A stretch of 64,000 bases of DNA from an uncultured virus (IMG/VR IMGVR_UViG_3300021431_000009) (taxonomy: Duplodnaviria > Heunggongvirae > Uroviricota > Caudoviricetes): IMG/VR virus record IMGVR_UViG_3300021431_000009. One strand, 5' to 3'. The notes beneath the pieces were generated by a model. It made no database searches and was not told the origin of the DNA. It worked only from the letters and a program-made list of their open reading frames with translations. Each line of letters starts with the position of its first letter. Position 1 is the first letter of the stretch. A program made the position numbers and the translations under genes. Below, in pieces: positions 1-8,772 of the stretch.

Positions 1-2
1 AT

Positions 3-434
3 GCAACCAAAAAGACGCAAGAGGATGAAATCAATGCTTATCGTGAGAAACTCATCACTGAGAACGCCGCCACTTGTATTCCAGAACTTGTTAAGGGCAA
101 CACTAAGGAGGAACTCGATGCCGCCCTCAAGGAGTCAATCCGTCTGAGAGCTGCTTACCCCTCTCCGGGTAACGAGCAGAAACCTTATAGTGGCGACCCC
201 AACATTCAAAAGCAGGCACAGCAGCCCGGCTTCCAAGCTGAACCAGCTAAGTCTCCTACACCGAATGGTCAGCAGCAAGCCCCAGCAGCACCGCCCGCAC
301 CACATCGTCCAGCCGCAGACGCTTCTCAGGAGCCTACCGCTACAAAGACGATGCCGATGTCTGAGTTCGCACAGAAACGTGATGCTCTGAAGCAACAGCT
401 CGAAGCTATGTACGGAAATGGCGGCACATTGTAA
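3..434 (+). CDS. Capsid scaffolding protein, C-terminal part (5' truncated by window)
   Basis: Frame-3 ORF read by hand (ATKKTQEDEINAYREKLI...IPELVKGNTKEELDAALKES...Pro/Ala/Gln-rich linker...LEAMYGNGGTL*), immediately upstream of the major capsid gene; not in the ORF track. Confidence 0.7.
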   Translation, partial: ATKKTQEDEINAYREKLITENAATCIPELVKGNTKEELDAALKESIRLRAAYPSPGNEQKPYSGDPNIQKQAQQPGFQAEPAKSPTPNGQQQAPAAPPAPHRPAADASQEPTATKTMPMSEFAQKRDALKQQLEAMYGNGGTL

Positions 435-468
435 TTTCGAGTAATTAACAACAAAATTTAAAAGAACA

Positions 469-1467
469 ATGATTACATTTATTTTATCTTTTTGCGTAGG
501 TATTCTTGTACTCGCAACAGGACTGTTCTTTGGTGATACAACTTCCGCTGGAGTAAGTGAAGGTGGTTACGTGTCGATTCCACAGGCAGTTCGTGATTTC
601 TATTCTCGTGAGGTGCTGTTCCAGGCACAGCCTCGTTTGCGCTTCGCACAGTTCGCTAAGGTGAAACGTGATTTGCAGGCGGTAAGAGGAAAGTCTATAG
701 TATTTGTTAAGTATGGCAACCTTACAGGAGGCGGTCAGTTGGAGGAGAGTGATGTACTTACTCCCGAAGGAATGACCACTTCTGAGATTGTTATCCCCGT
801 TAAGGAACAGGCTAATTCTATTCAGGTAACAGAATATCTGCTGCGCACTTCATTGCTGGATGTCCTTGGTGACGCTTCTAAGCTGCTCGCTAATAACATG
901 GCAGTTGTGCTCGATGGACAGTTCCGTGATTGTGTACTCCAGACCACCAATGTCGTTTACGGTAATGGAGCCGCAAATCTTGCCGCTATGAGTGCATCGT
1001 CTGTATTTAACACTAAGACCGTTAAGGATGCAGTTGAGACTCTGGCTACACATAATGCTCCTCGTATCAATGGAGACTACTACGTATGTATCGCTCATCC
1101 ACACCAGCTCCGTCAGCTTCGTGATGATAGTAACTGGATTAACGCCAATACCTACATGGGTCGTCGTCAGCTCTACATCGGTGAGGTTGGTATGTATGAG
1201 GGCTGTATCTTCATTGAGACCACTCAGATGCCTAAACTGAACGCCGCTCAGATTGCTGCTAAGTATGGTGCAGGTGCCACAATTACTGAGGCATACGAGG
1301 CTGTATTCTTCGGCGACAATGCTTATGGTTGGGGTATCGCCCTTGACGTTGAGCTGCGTGACGATGGTGTTGTAGAACTCGGACGTAAGCATACCCTTGG
1401 TTGGTATGGTATCTGGGGAACCGGCATCATTGAGGGAGCCAACATTGTTAAGGCGCTCACTGCGTAA
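469..1467 (+). CDS. Major capsid protein (HK97-fold, N4-gp56-like)
   Basis: 332 aa; motifs GKSIVFVKY, YVCIAHPHQLRQLRDD, GEVGMYEGCIFIET, LGWYGIWGTG typical of this capsid family; follows scaffold and is followed by a terminator. Confidence 0.9.
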   Translation: MITFILSFCVGILVLATGLFFGDTTSAGVSEGGYVSIPQAVRDFYSREVLFQAQPRLRFAQFAKVKRDLQAVRGKSIVFVKYGNLTGGGQLEESDVLTPEGMTTSEIVIPVKEQANSIQVTEYLLRTSLLDVLGDASKLLANNMAVVLDGQFRDCVLQTTNVVYGNGAANLAAMSASSVFNTKTVKDAVETLATHNAPRINGDYYVCIAHPHQLRQLRDDSNWINANTYMGRRQLYIGEVGMYEGCIFIETTQMPKLNAAQIAAKYGAGATITEAYEAVFFGDNAYGWGIALDVELRDDGVVELGRKHTLGWYGIWGTGIIEGANIVKALTA

Positions 1468-1477
1468 AACCAGATAA

Positions 1478-1518
1478 GGGGCAAGGGGAATTTCTCCAAG
1501 CCCCACTCTCTATTTTAT
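1478..1518 (+). terminator. Rho-independent terminator after capsid gene
   Basis: GGGGC..GGGGAA/TTCTCC..GCCCC stem followed by T-rich tract. Confidence 0.6.
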
Positions 1519-1541
1519 TCATCTATTAAAAAGTAACAATT

Positions 1542-1856
1542 ATGGCAAAGAAAGAAGTTGAAGAAGCAAAGGTACAGGCTCAGGAAGCCGAGGTAGCCGA
1601 TGGAACACAGGAAGGTACACAGCAGCCAGCAAACGGTGGTGAGGAAGCACCAGAAGAGCAGCCGGCTAAGGCTAACAAGCAGCCCAAAAAGGCCGAGGTA
1701 GCCGAGGGTGTTAAGAAGGTTAAGATTCACACTACTGCGGATGTTGACGCCATTATTGCAGGCATTCCTTACGTGATTGCTGAGAATAAGGACGCTCAGG
1801 TTCCTGCTGATGTTGCAGCCATTCTCGTAAACGCTCGTAAAGCGTATCGTATTTAA
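1542..1856 (+). CDS. Hypothetical virion-associated protein
   Basis: 104 aa, low-complexity E/Q/A N-terminus, located between capsid and head-completion genes. Confidence 0.55.
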   Translation: MAKKEVEEAKVQAQEAEVADGTQEGTQQPANGGEEAPEEQPAKANKQPKKAEVAEGVKKVKIHTTADVDAIIAGIPYVIAENKDAQVPADVAAILVNARKAYRI

Positions 1857-1858
1857 GT

Positions 1859-2827
1859 ATGGCTCAAGAGGTAACTTTGAATGAAATAATGACAGCGGTT
1901 CGGGAGATAACTTTCGACCGCTTCATTGTTCCCGCTTTCGCTCTAAAGGAAATGGGTGAGGGCGTGTTCGTGACTATTGACAAGTCCTATACTCCAGAGG
2001 TGGAGGATGAAGAGGTGGTGAAGGGAAGATTCTATATGTATAGAAGAACAACCGATGCCACCACAGGAGAAAACACCGACGAAACGATTGTATCATTGGC
2101 TTTCCACGATTATCCTAACATGGAAAGTCTGCTCGAAGCATTGATAGCTAATAATATTGTATTATCATATACTCCGTATTTCCGAGGAGAGGAACCAACG
2201 TCAAGTCTCATTCAGATTGCCAATGTAGAGCTTACTACAAATCTTACACTTTTCAGACGTTACTTTTTCTCCGATGACGAAATCATAAAGTGGATTCAGT
2301 GGTATTATTGGCGCGTATTGGATATTCCCAATGCAGAAATAACCGACGAACTCGTAGGAAAGCTGATACGTCCAAGTGAAAGGCACATGGCCCTCTGGGT
2401 GTCCTACCAACTTGTAGGACGCAGACGTTTGTTTGAAATCGCAGCAGGTTCTATCGGGCAGTCATTTACTGATGGCTCTGACTATACCGGCTCCGACTTA
2501 TCTGATAGCACAGGCACAACGACTACAACTCAGATCGGTTCAGTGTTTACAATTACGGAAGACCCAACCAAGGGTTACTTCTATGAGGACTTTAGCCGTG
2601 TTGGTTCTGAGAACGTACTCGGTGACAGGTACTCATTTTGGTATCGCTTGCAGTTGTGGATTCGTGAGCAGTTGGAAGAAATGTTCGGGGATTACTCACT
2701 CCGCAAGGACAATGTTATTCCTGGGTATATCGAATTACAGAGAGAACTCGACTTCCGTTCATACTACGATTCATATCCATTTACGTTATCGCCTCTATCA
2801 CGAGGCATCTTGTCAAAGACCCCATAA
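1859..2827 (+). CDS. Putative head-tail adaptor/neck protein
   Basis: 322 aa ORF; function from position after capsid only. Confidence 0.45.
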   Translation: MAQEVTLNEIMTAVREITFDRFIVPAFALKEMGEGVFVTIDKSYTPEVEDEEVVKGRFYMYRRTTDATTGENTDETIVSLAFHDYPNMESLLEALIANNIVLSYTPYFRGEEPTSSLIQIANVELTTNLTLFRRYFFSDDEIIKWIQWYYWRVLDIPNAEITDELVGKLIRPSERHMALWVSYQLVGRRRLFEIAAGSIGQSFTDGSDYTGSDLSDSTGTTTTTQIGSVFTITEDPTKGYFYEDFSRVGSENVLGDRYSFWYRLQLWIREQLEEMFGDYSLRKDNVIPGYIELQRELDFRSYYDSYPFTLSPLSRGILSKTP

Positions 2828-2830
2828 GGT

Positions 2831-3274
2831 ATGCTCGTTACAAAGGCAAAATTTTTATCCTATCAGAACTCATTCTACAAGCACGTCATTGCGACACCTT
2901 ACAAGGTACAGCTTGAGATTACTACGGTGAAGAATCCTACTCCATCGGATGAGTTCTCTATGGATGCTTTTGTCGGAGACTCTCCAAGGGAATCTAAGCT
3001 GTATGAATTTCGGGCCTTATATGAGAAAGAGATTTCTGACAGGGAACGTGAGAAGTACGGATTACCCAAGGAGGTTAATGGTGTAGTGTATCTTTCACCT
3101 AAGCAGCTTGTGCCAAAGTTCGGTGACTATCATCTTGATTGGAATCGTACCAAGGTGCATTTTGAGGGTAGAGTTCAGGTAATAAACAAGGTGGTTTACT
3201 TAGAGGAATTTAGAGAGTATGGCAGTTGCGTGGGCATCCAAATATTCGTGAAGGATTCTCTTCGTGGAGGATAA
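2831..3274 (+). CDS. Putative head-closure/neck protein
   Basis: 147 aa, beta-rich pattern and position typical of head-closure proteins. Confidence 0.45.
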   Translation: MLVTKAKFLSYQNSFYKHVIATPYKVQLEITTVKNPTPSDEFSMDAFVGDSPRESKLYEFRALYEKEISDREREKYGLPKEVNGVVYLSPKQLVPKFGDYHLDWNRTKVHFEGRVQVINKVVYLEEFREYGSCVGIQIFVKDSLRGG

Positions 3275-3299
3275 CCTTTTTTCGGGTGTTTGTTTGGTG

Positions 3300-3381
3300 T
3301 TTGTTATTGTTACAAAAATAACCCTAAATTTGCCTATTTTCTGCCCTTCTGCCTGCAAAATTTTGCTTTTATGTATATTTG
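3300..3381 (+). promoter_or_regulatory. Tandem Bacteroidota-type promoter elements
   Basis: TTTG(3300)-N21-TAAATTTG(3325-3332), plus a second -7 element TATATTTG at 3374-3381. Confidence 0.6.
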
Positions 3382-3419
3382 CCCACAAATGAAAATTTAA
3401 CCCTTTAAATCAAAGATTT

Positions 3420-3665
3420 ATGACTACAAAAGTTAAGACCCACAAACGTAAAGGAAAGAACAAGGTTTCCGTTGTTAAGGAGCATACCCGTAAGGGCGGT
3501 AAGAAGATGAAGAAGGGAGCAGGCGAAGAGTTCACCCAAAAGCAGGTGAACGCTTGTGATACCTCGAAATGTTCTACTACTGACTTGAAGAAGGGTGTCA
3601 AAGGAAAGTGGGGCAAGGCATTTGCCCGTAAAGCAAAGAAGGAACTAAAAGAGCGCTCTGAGTAA
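3420..3665 (+). CDS. Small highly basic protein (VKxHxRK..VxEHTR motif)
   Basis: 81 aa K/R-rich; N-terminus nearly identical to that of 48709..49035. Confidence 0.7.
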   Translation: MTTKVKTHKRKGKNKVSVVKEHTRKGGKKMKKGAGEEFTQKQVNACDTSKCSTTDLKKGVKGKWGKAFARKAKKELKERSE

Positions 3666-4000
3666 TGAAACGTCATAAGGTAACAAGGCATTGTAGGTCT
3701 GGAAAGACTGTGACCTACTGGCGTGGTATGGAAGGTTCCAGACGTTTTGGTGACGGGTGTGAATTTGAGAAGAAGTTCTCTGCATCCCGCATCAATAGGG
3801 TCAATAAGGCCTACGATGACGCTGGAGTTGAACCACCAAAGGGTAAGGGAATCCACAAGGTCGCTTTCCATGAAAGAGCTGCCAAGATTATGGGTTCCAT
3901 GAAAAAGGCAGGCAAGAAAGTTAATCGTAATATGGCCTATGCCATTGCGATGAAACAACTTGGTAAAAAGAAATCCGTTCTTAAATCACATCAGAAATGA
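3665..4000 (+). CDS. Small highly basic protein
   Basis: 111 aa K/R-rich, TAATG-coupled to previous gene. Confidence 0.65.
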   Translation: MKRHKVTRHCRSGKTVTYWRGMEGSRRFGDGCEFEKKFSASRINRVNKAYDDAGVEPPKGKGIHKVAFHERAAKIMGSMKKAGKKVNRNMAYAIAMKQLGKKKSVLKSHQK

Positions 4001-4155
4001 GTAAATCCGTAATACCCAGACATAAATCTCCGAAGCACTTTCGTGAGCAAGACGAGGTAAAAGCCGCCTATGAACAGGTCGGCAAGTTTCCTCATAACAA
4101 TGTCAAGAGTTGGTATAGGGATATTTACGAGTTCTATCAGAATAATGAGTGCTAA
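3997..4155 (+). CDS. Small hypothetical protein (52 aa)
   Basis: MSKSVIPRHKSPKHF...YQNNEC*; ATGA overlap upstream and TAATG overlap downstream. Confidence 0.55.
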   Translation: MSKSVIPRHKSPKHFREQDEVKAAYEQVGKFPHNNVKSWYRDIYEFYQNNEC

Positions 4156-4637
4156 TGAAACTTCTTCCTATTGTTGCCAAGGTTGCCCGAATGAGGATGC
4201 CGAAATCTCGACTAAAACCTCCTCCGGGTTTTAAGGTTCCTAATGTGAAGGACTTTCAAGCAGATGTGCAAAGACTCGGAGAAGACATTGCTGAGGAGTT
4301 TAAGGAAGAGGTCATTGACAATATCGAGCAAAATAAGTTTGGGTATCAAAACGCGCCCTCTACTATTCTCAAGAAAAAGAGTGATACTCCACTTATTGAT
4401 ACGCATGAAATGGTAGATGCCATTTATCGTGAGGAAACTACGGTTTCAGTCGATGATACTCCACGTTCCGATAGTCCACTATCTAATCTTGAGCTTGCTA
4501 TTGTTCAGGAGTATGGTACAAAGGATAAAGGAATCCCTGCAAGACCCGTATGGAGAAATACCTTTGAGGAGTTTCGTGAAACCGCCCACGAGAGAGTTGA
4601 AGAGTTTTTAGCTACACAAAAATTCCCTAAGAAATGA
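4155..4637 (+). CDS. Putative neck/tail-completion protein (virion morphogenesis family)
   Basis: NAPSTILKKKSDTPLIDT and QEYGTKDKGIPARP motifs typical of phage neck/morphogenesis proteins; ATG at 4155 preferred over track start. Confidence 0.65.
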   Translation: MKLLPIVAKVARMRMPKSRLKPPPGFKVPNVKDFQADVQRLGEDIAEEFKEEVIDNIEQNKFGYQNAPSTILKKKSDTPLIDTHEMVDAIYREETTVSVDDTPRSDSPLSNLELAIVQEYGTKDKGIPARPVWRNTFEEFRETAHERVEEFLATQKFPKK

Positions 4638-5056
4638 AGAAACAAAAAAGAGTAAAACCAACTGAGACACTTGCCACACGAGGTAAGAAGGTTTCAATCA
4701 AATCCCATTCGAGGAGAACTCGCGGTGGGAGACGTGTTGTAGTTAGGAACTATACTCGCAAGGCAGGCGGTAAGAACAAATCCAAGAAGGTGAATAACCC
4801 CTCTTCGGGTACAGAATTTGAGACACTCAAGAATCGTTCTCCTTATGGGGAGCCCATAACCAAGAGACTTCATACTTTCCAAGGAGCATTTGAAGATGGT
4901 CTCTACAATATGAAGAAAACACTTGGCGACAAGGTTGCTGAACATAAACGTAAGGTGAAAGAGCACTTTGACAAGGATAAGGAATTGAACAAGGTGGAGA
5001 AGATTCTTGATAAGTTCTTACGTAAAAACGGTTATCAATATAAGAAATATCTATGA
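4634..5056 (+). CDS. Basic protein with SHSRRTRGGRRVVVRNYTR motif
   Basis: 140 aa K/R-rich, same motif family as 3420 and 48709. Confidence 0.6.
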   Translation: MKKQKRVKPTETLATRGKKVSIKSHSRRTRGGRRVVVRNYTRKAGGKNKSKKVNNPSSGTEFETLKNRSPYGEPITKRLHTFQGAFEDGLYNMKKTLGDKVAEHKRKVKEHFDKDKELNKVEKILDKFLRKNGYQYKKYL

Positions 5057-5355
5057 TGGAGCATATATTTACGAGGTTCGTTGAGGCTTTTTCGGTGGAG
5101 TTCATCTTCACAATAATCTTAGCCTCATACTTTGCTATCAAGGTTCTTGAGAGTTTCAATGGTAGCATGGCAATTAATTCCTGGGTGAAAAAGCTCACTA
5201 CGGTAGTGGTGGGTTTAGTTGCTTTTTGGGTGTTTGTTGCCGTGACAGACATTCCTAAAGAGACCTTGCTATCTTCTTATTTTGCGGCGTTGTTTATATA
5301 CGACTACGCAATTAAGTGGCTATTGAAGAAGTTCAACGTAAACTATAAGAAGTAG
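5053..5355 (+). CDS. Putative holin
   Basis: 100 aa, three hydrophobic segments, basic C-terminus. Confidence 0.55.
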   Translation: MMEHIFTRFVEAFSVEFIFTIILASYFAIKVLESFNGSMAINSWVKKLTTVVVGLVAFWVFVAVTDIPKETLLSSYFAALFIYDYAIKWLLKKFNVNYKK

Positions 5356-5356
5356 T

Positions 5357-6349
5357 ATGCTTACATCCATCAGACAAGTAAACGAGCAGTTCTTCCGCAA
5401 GTTTTTCGGGCTTTCAATTCCCATTGGTAATGAGGAAAAGACGATTCTATGTCGTTATGCTAAGAAGTCCAGCTTTGATTACACGGAGGAACAGGAGCAA
5501 CAGATCTATCCTTGCATAGCTATTCAGGATTATGTTCCAACACCGAAAGAAGAGTGGTACATTGATATGCACGCTTATTTTGGTGGCAAGACACTTGATG
5601 GCTTGAAAGGGTATCTTTTTTTTAGGCCAATATGGATGGAGTTCCGCTATGATGTCAGCATCGTTAGTAAATCTTATAATGAGTACATTGCGATGCAGGA
5701 TTTCTTCATGCGTAACTTTGCTTATGGTAAGAGGTTCATATTCAATCAATACTTCTCAGGAGAGGAGGCGGTTGGAGATATTGTTCCTTATAGTGTTAGG
5801 GCCACAGATGTTCCTCGTGTCGATGGAGTGTTTGAGACTAACTATGAGTTTACTTGTTCCGTATGGCTCTATCCAAGAAAGCCAGAAGAGGTTACATTGG
5901 TACAGCAGATTGTTATCAGAATGGAGCGAAATGATAAGGTGCTTGTTAATAATGAGGCCCTTGAATCCTATGAGGATGATACCAAGGTCGTTCCTATTTA
6001 CGGAGATACTGCTGTTCAGGAATACCCAGCCGAGGGAAAGGTTATCATTGTCAAATACGTCAACAAAGGAAAGGCGGACTATACAGTTACTTTCGATGGA
6101 GATTATCATACTCCAGAAGGTTCTAATCCGTCGTTTACTTTGCCCGAAGGTGGTTATGCAGAAGTAAGCTACTCTAATACATCGGGTGGTATTATCTATA
6201 TCCGAGGCGTTGTTACTGACAAGGACGGTCAGAAGCGCGAAATCATTCTTACTCAGGTCGATGATGTTTGGATTCTCGAAGATGCAATTTGGGATGATAA
6301 CGAGATTTGGGATGATGAATCTGAATGGAAAGATAGTCCCGATGACTAA
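5357..6349 (+). CDS. Putative tail terminator/completion protein with appended C-terminal domains
   Basis: YPCIAIQD...FRYDVSIVS...YEFTCSVWL tail-terminator-like pattern; ends in a Trp/Asp-rich repeat. Confidence 0.5.
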   Translation: MLTSIRQVNEQFFRKFFGLSIPIGNEEKTILCRYAKKSSFDYTEEQEQQIYPCIAIQDYVPTPKEEWYIDMHAYFGGKTLDGLKGYLFFRPIWMEFRYDVSIVSKSYNEYIAMQDFFMRNFAYGKRFIFNQYFSGEEAVGDIVPYSVRATDVPRVDGVFETNYEFTCSVWLYPRKPEEVTLVQQIVIRMERNDKVLVNNEALESYEDDTKVVPIYGDTAVQEYPAEGKVIIVKYVNKGKADYTVTFDGDYHTPEGSNPSFTLPEGGYAEVSYSNTSGGIIYIRGVVTDKDGQKREIILTQVDDVWILEDAIWDDNEIWDDESEWKDSPDD

Positions 6350-6363
6350 TTTCTCATAAAATT

Positions 6364-6395
6364 TTTGGAATTTTAAAATAAAATTGGTATCTTTG
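6364..6395 (+). promoter_or_regulatory. Bacteroidota-type promoter (TATCTTTG class)
   Basis: TTTG-N20-TATCTTTG. Confidence 0.8.
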
Positions 6396-6414
6396 CCGCA
6401 ACAAATATACAATT

Positions 6415-6621
6415 ATGGCAAATAAAAAAGAGCAAGAGGGAAAGGAGCAACAGGTTGCTACTCCCTCAGAAGAGGTAAAAACTAAGATGGTTCGCAATCG
6501 AGGCAACGGTAAGATTGAGCTTCTTATCAATGGCGCGGTTGTAGTGTTCCCACCAAAGAGCACGGTTGAGGTTCCTATTGACTTCAATGTGCCTAACGGA
6601 ATTGGTCTGTACGTGAAGTAA
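6415..6621 (+). CDS. Small hypothetical structural protein
   Basis: 68 aa directly behind a promoter. Confidence 0.6.
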   Translation: MANKKEQEGKEQQVATPSEEVKTKMVRNRGNGKIELLINGAVVVFPPKSTVEVPIDFNVPNGIGLYVK

Positions 6622-7112
6622 TGCGAGTTGGCTACACCATAGTAAGTTTGTACCAGCCGTCTCAGGAAGCTGAGTTCGCGAGGTTTCTCAAGGATACACT
6701 TATTCTTGAAGAGGGCTATGCGGACAATATTGCAAGAGTAGTAGCTGAGGGTGGAGTAGTAAATATCTTCACTCCTCGCGATTTACACGTTGCATTAAGT
6801 GGTTCAAGTTCTTATCAGTTCAAGACTACTTTTAGTTCTATTGAGACTACGGATAACCAATATGTTGTAGCGTCAGCCGTTGACTTCCGTCTTGAGGTGC
6901 CCTTTCAAGGCACTATTAAGGTTCTTGCTCCTACGGAGTATTTCATTACTACCGAAAGCCTTGCGAGAACTCTTATGTCTGAGGTAGAACAGGGCCTTCT
7001 GAAAGTTTATCCGAGATTTCCCGATATAGAAGGGGCTGATTGGATTCTTGATGGAGGTAGCTGGAATGATAACGGAGTTTGGATGGACGAAAAAGAATGG
7101 GAAGACCAATGA
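6621..7112 (+). CDS. Hypothetical structural protein with C-terminal Trp/Asp repeat
   Basis: 163 aa; ends WILDGGSWNDNGVWMDEKEWED. Confidence 0.6.
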   Translation: MRVGYTIVSLYQPSQEAEFARFLKDTLILEEGYADNIARVVAEGGVVNIFTPRDLHVALSGSSSYQFKTTFSSIETTDNQYVVASAVDFRLEVPFQGTIKVLAPTEYFITTESLARTLMSEVEQGLLKVYPRFPDIEGADWILDGGSWNDNGVWMDEKEWEDQ

Positions 7113-7483
7113 ACAACAGTGAAATTGTAAAGACGCTTACTCTCATGTGCGATAAGAATGACCCACAGGATAAGAAACTCCTGCTGCTTGCTGAACTTGT
7201 GGAGACAAGATGCTCTTCACTTGCCGAACATCAGGAGGAGCTACAAAAGAGCCTGCGTGATACGAATGTTAAGCTCGACAAGGTAACTCAGTTACTTGAA
7301 GAGAAACAACAGGAAGGAAGAGAGTGCCCGGTATATAAGAATAGAGAATCCTTTGAGAAACTTTCGTTCTTTATGAAGTACCCACGATTCTCTTTGCTTA
7401 TGGTTCTTGGCATTGCAGCGTTGCTCGCTGGGTTTATCAGCTCAGATATAATTCCCTATCTTAAACTTATCTTCGGAGTATGA
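7109..7483 (+). CDS. Coiled-coil membrane protein, putative holin/lysis regulator
   Basis: Coiled coil plus C-terminal TM segment, directly upstream of endolysin; ATG at 7109 overlaps previous stop. Confidence 0.5.
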   Translation: MNNSEIVKTLTLMCDKNDPQDKKLLLLAELVETRCSSLAEHQEELQKSLRDTNVKLDKVTQLLEEKQQEGRECPVYKNRESFEKLSFFMKYPRFSLLMVLGIAALLAGFISSDIIPYLKLIFGV

Positions 7484-8082
7484 GAAAGTTGATTGTAATA
7501 CTTGACCCAGCGCACGGAGCCGATGTTCTCGGTAAATGCTCTCCCGATGGTACTCATAAGGAATACAGGTGGAGCAGACAGCGCGTTGCAAATCTAAAGG
7601 CCCTACTCATGCACGAGGGATTTGAGGTTTATGAAACCACTACCTCTCAAAATGAGCCGGGTTTGACACGTAGAAAGAACTACGCTAACCAGATTCGTAG
7701 AGGGCAGAGAAAATTCTTGCTCTCATTACATAATAATGCAAAAGGTAAGGACGGCAAGTGGCACGATGCAAGTGGCGTTGCTATTTATACCACAAAGGGA
7801 ATTACCAAATCTGACAGGTGCGCGAAGATACTTCTCGACCAATTCAGTAAGGATTTCCCAGAACTACGGATTCGTAGGTATTCCGTTGGTGAACTCGATG
7901 GTGATTTTGAAGAGAACTTCACCGTCTTGACAGGTTCTGATTACATGGCCTGTCTGATTGAGTGGTTGTTTCAAGACAATATGGCTGATGTTGAGCGTCT
8001 CAAGGACGTGGAGTTTAACTCCCGCTTAGAGGCATCTTTGGTAAAAGCAATCGTAGGTATAGACAACTATTTTAGTAAGTGA
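7480..8082 (+). CDS. Endolysin, N-acetylmuramoyl-L-alanine amidase (Amidase_3)
   Basis: ILDPAHG, KE, LSLHNNA, CLIEWLFQDN zinc-amidase motifs. Confidence 0.9.
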   Translation: MRKLIVILDPAHGADVLGKCSPDGTHKEYRWSRQRVANLKALLMHEGFEVYETTTSQNEPGLTRRKNYANQIRRGQRKFLLSLHNNAKGKDGKWHDASGVAIYTTKGITKSDRCAKILLDQFSKDFPELRIRRYSVGELDGDFEENFTVLTGSDYMACLIEWLFQDNMADVERLKDVEFNSRLEASLVKAIVGIDNYFSK

Positions 8083-8083
8083 T

Positions 8084-8431
8084 ATGACAAAGAAGAGTAA
8101 AATGCTAATAGGTTTCCTTATAATAGGAATCATTGCCGTTCTTATCGGTGCATTATACTATGATGTGCAGGAACGGAAAAGGTACTATGAAGAGTACCAG
8201 CATACTCTTATGTCATTAAACGACAGCATTTCTACTCTTAGGGGAGACTTACTCCAATACGAGAAGGAAATTGCGAAACTTGATTTGGAACGTGACAGCA
8301 TACGTAAGGAAATTAAAATAATATTCAAGGACAATGAGAAAATTGACGCTCGTCTTGCTAATGGTGATTGGGATTACAATCTCAGGTTTCTCACAGACTT
8401 CCTATCCAGCGAAGATTCTGTTTCAGAATGA
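8084..8431 (+). CDS. Putative inner-membrane spanin-like protein
   Basis: N-terminal TM then coiled coil; follows endolysin. Confidence 0.55.
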   Translation: MTKKSKMLIGFLIIGIIAVLIGALYYDVQERKRYYEEYQHTLMSLNDSISTLRGDLLQYEKEIAKLDLERDSIRKEIKIIFKDNEKIDARLANGDWDYNLRFLTDFLSSEDSVSE

Positions 8432-8747
8432 CACCGTTGTAGCAATAACAAATGCACAGCTCGTTAAGGTAAATCGCGCCTTAAACGACTACGTTCATCT
8501 GAAAGAGGCATATCGTCTCACTCAGGTGGATTTAGCTGTTTCTGATAGTATGCTCAACTACTATAAGAAGAGTGTTCTGTCTCAGCAGGGAATAATTAAC
8601 TTGCAGGAGCAGAAATTCAATACTCAGACTGCCTTTTATGAGGAGTCGCTTAAACGTGAGAAGAAGAAAAGCAGAATGAAATCTATCGGTGTAGGAGTCG
8701 GTGGTACACTCTTAGGCATTGTCCTCGGAGTTCTGCTAAGTAAATAA
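8334..8747 (+). CDS. Putative second spanin-like protein (overlapping)
   Basis: Signal-peptide-like N-terminus, coiled coil, Gly-rich hydrophobic C-terminus; overlaps previous gene by 98 nt. Confidence 0.5.
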   Translation: MRKLTLVLLMVIGITISGFSQTSYPAKILFQNDTVVAITNAQLVKVNRALNDYVHLKEAYRLTQVDLAVSDSMLNYYKKSVLSQQGIINLQEQKFNTQTAFYEESLKREKKKSRMKSIGVGVGGTLLGIVLGVLLSK

Positions 8748-8772
8748 TTAATAATCAAAATTAAACAATCAA

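Noticed and set aside
6344..6360. GACTAAT-TTCTCATAAA partly complementary to the first hairpin of the 42766 RNA
   Set aside because: Needs a 5-nt bulge, is AT-rich and occurs once; could be chance
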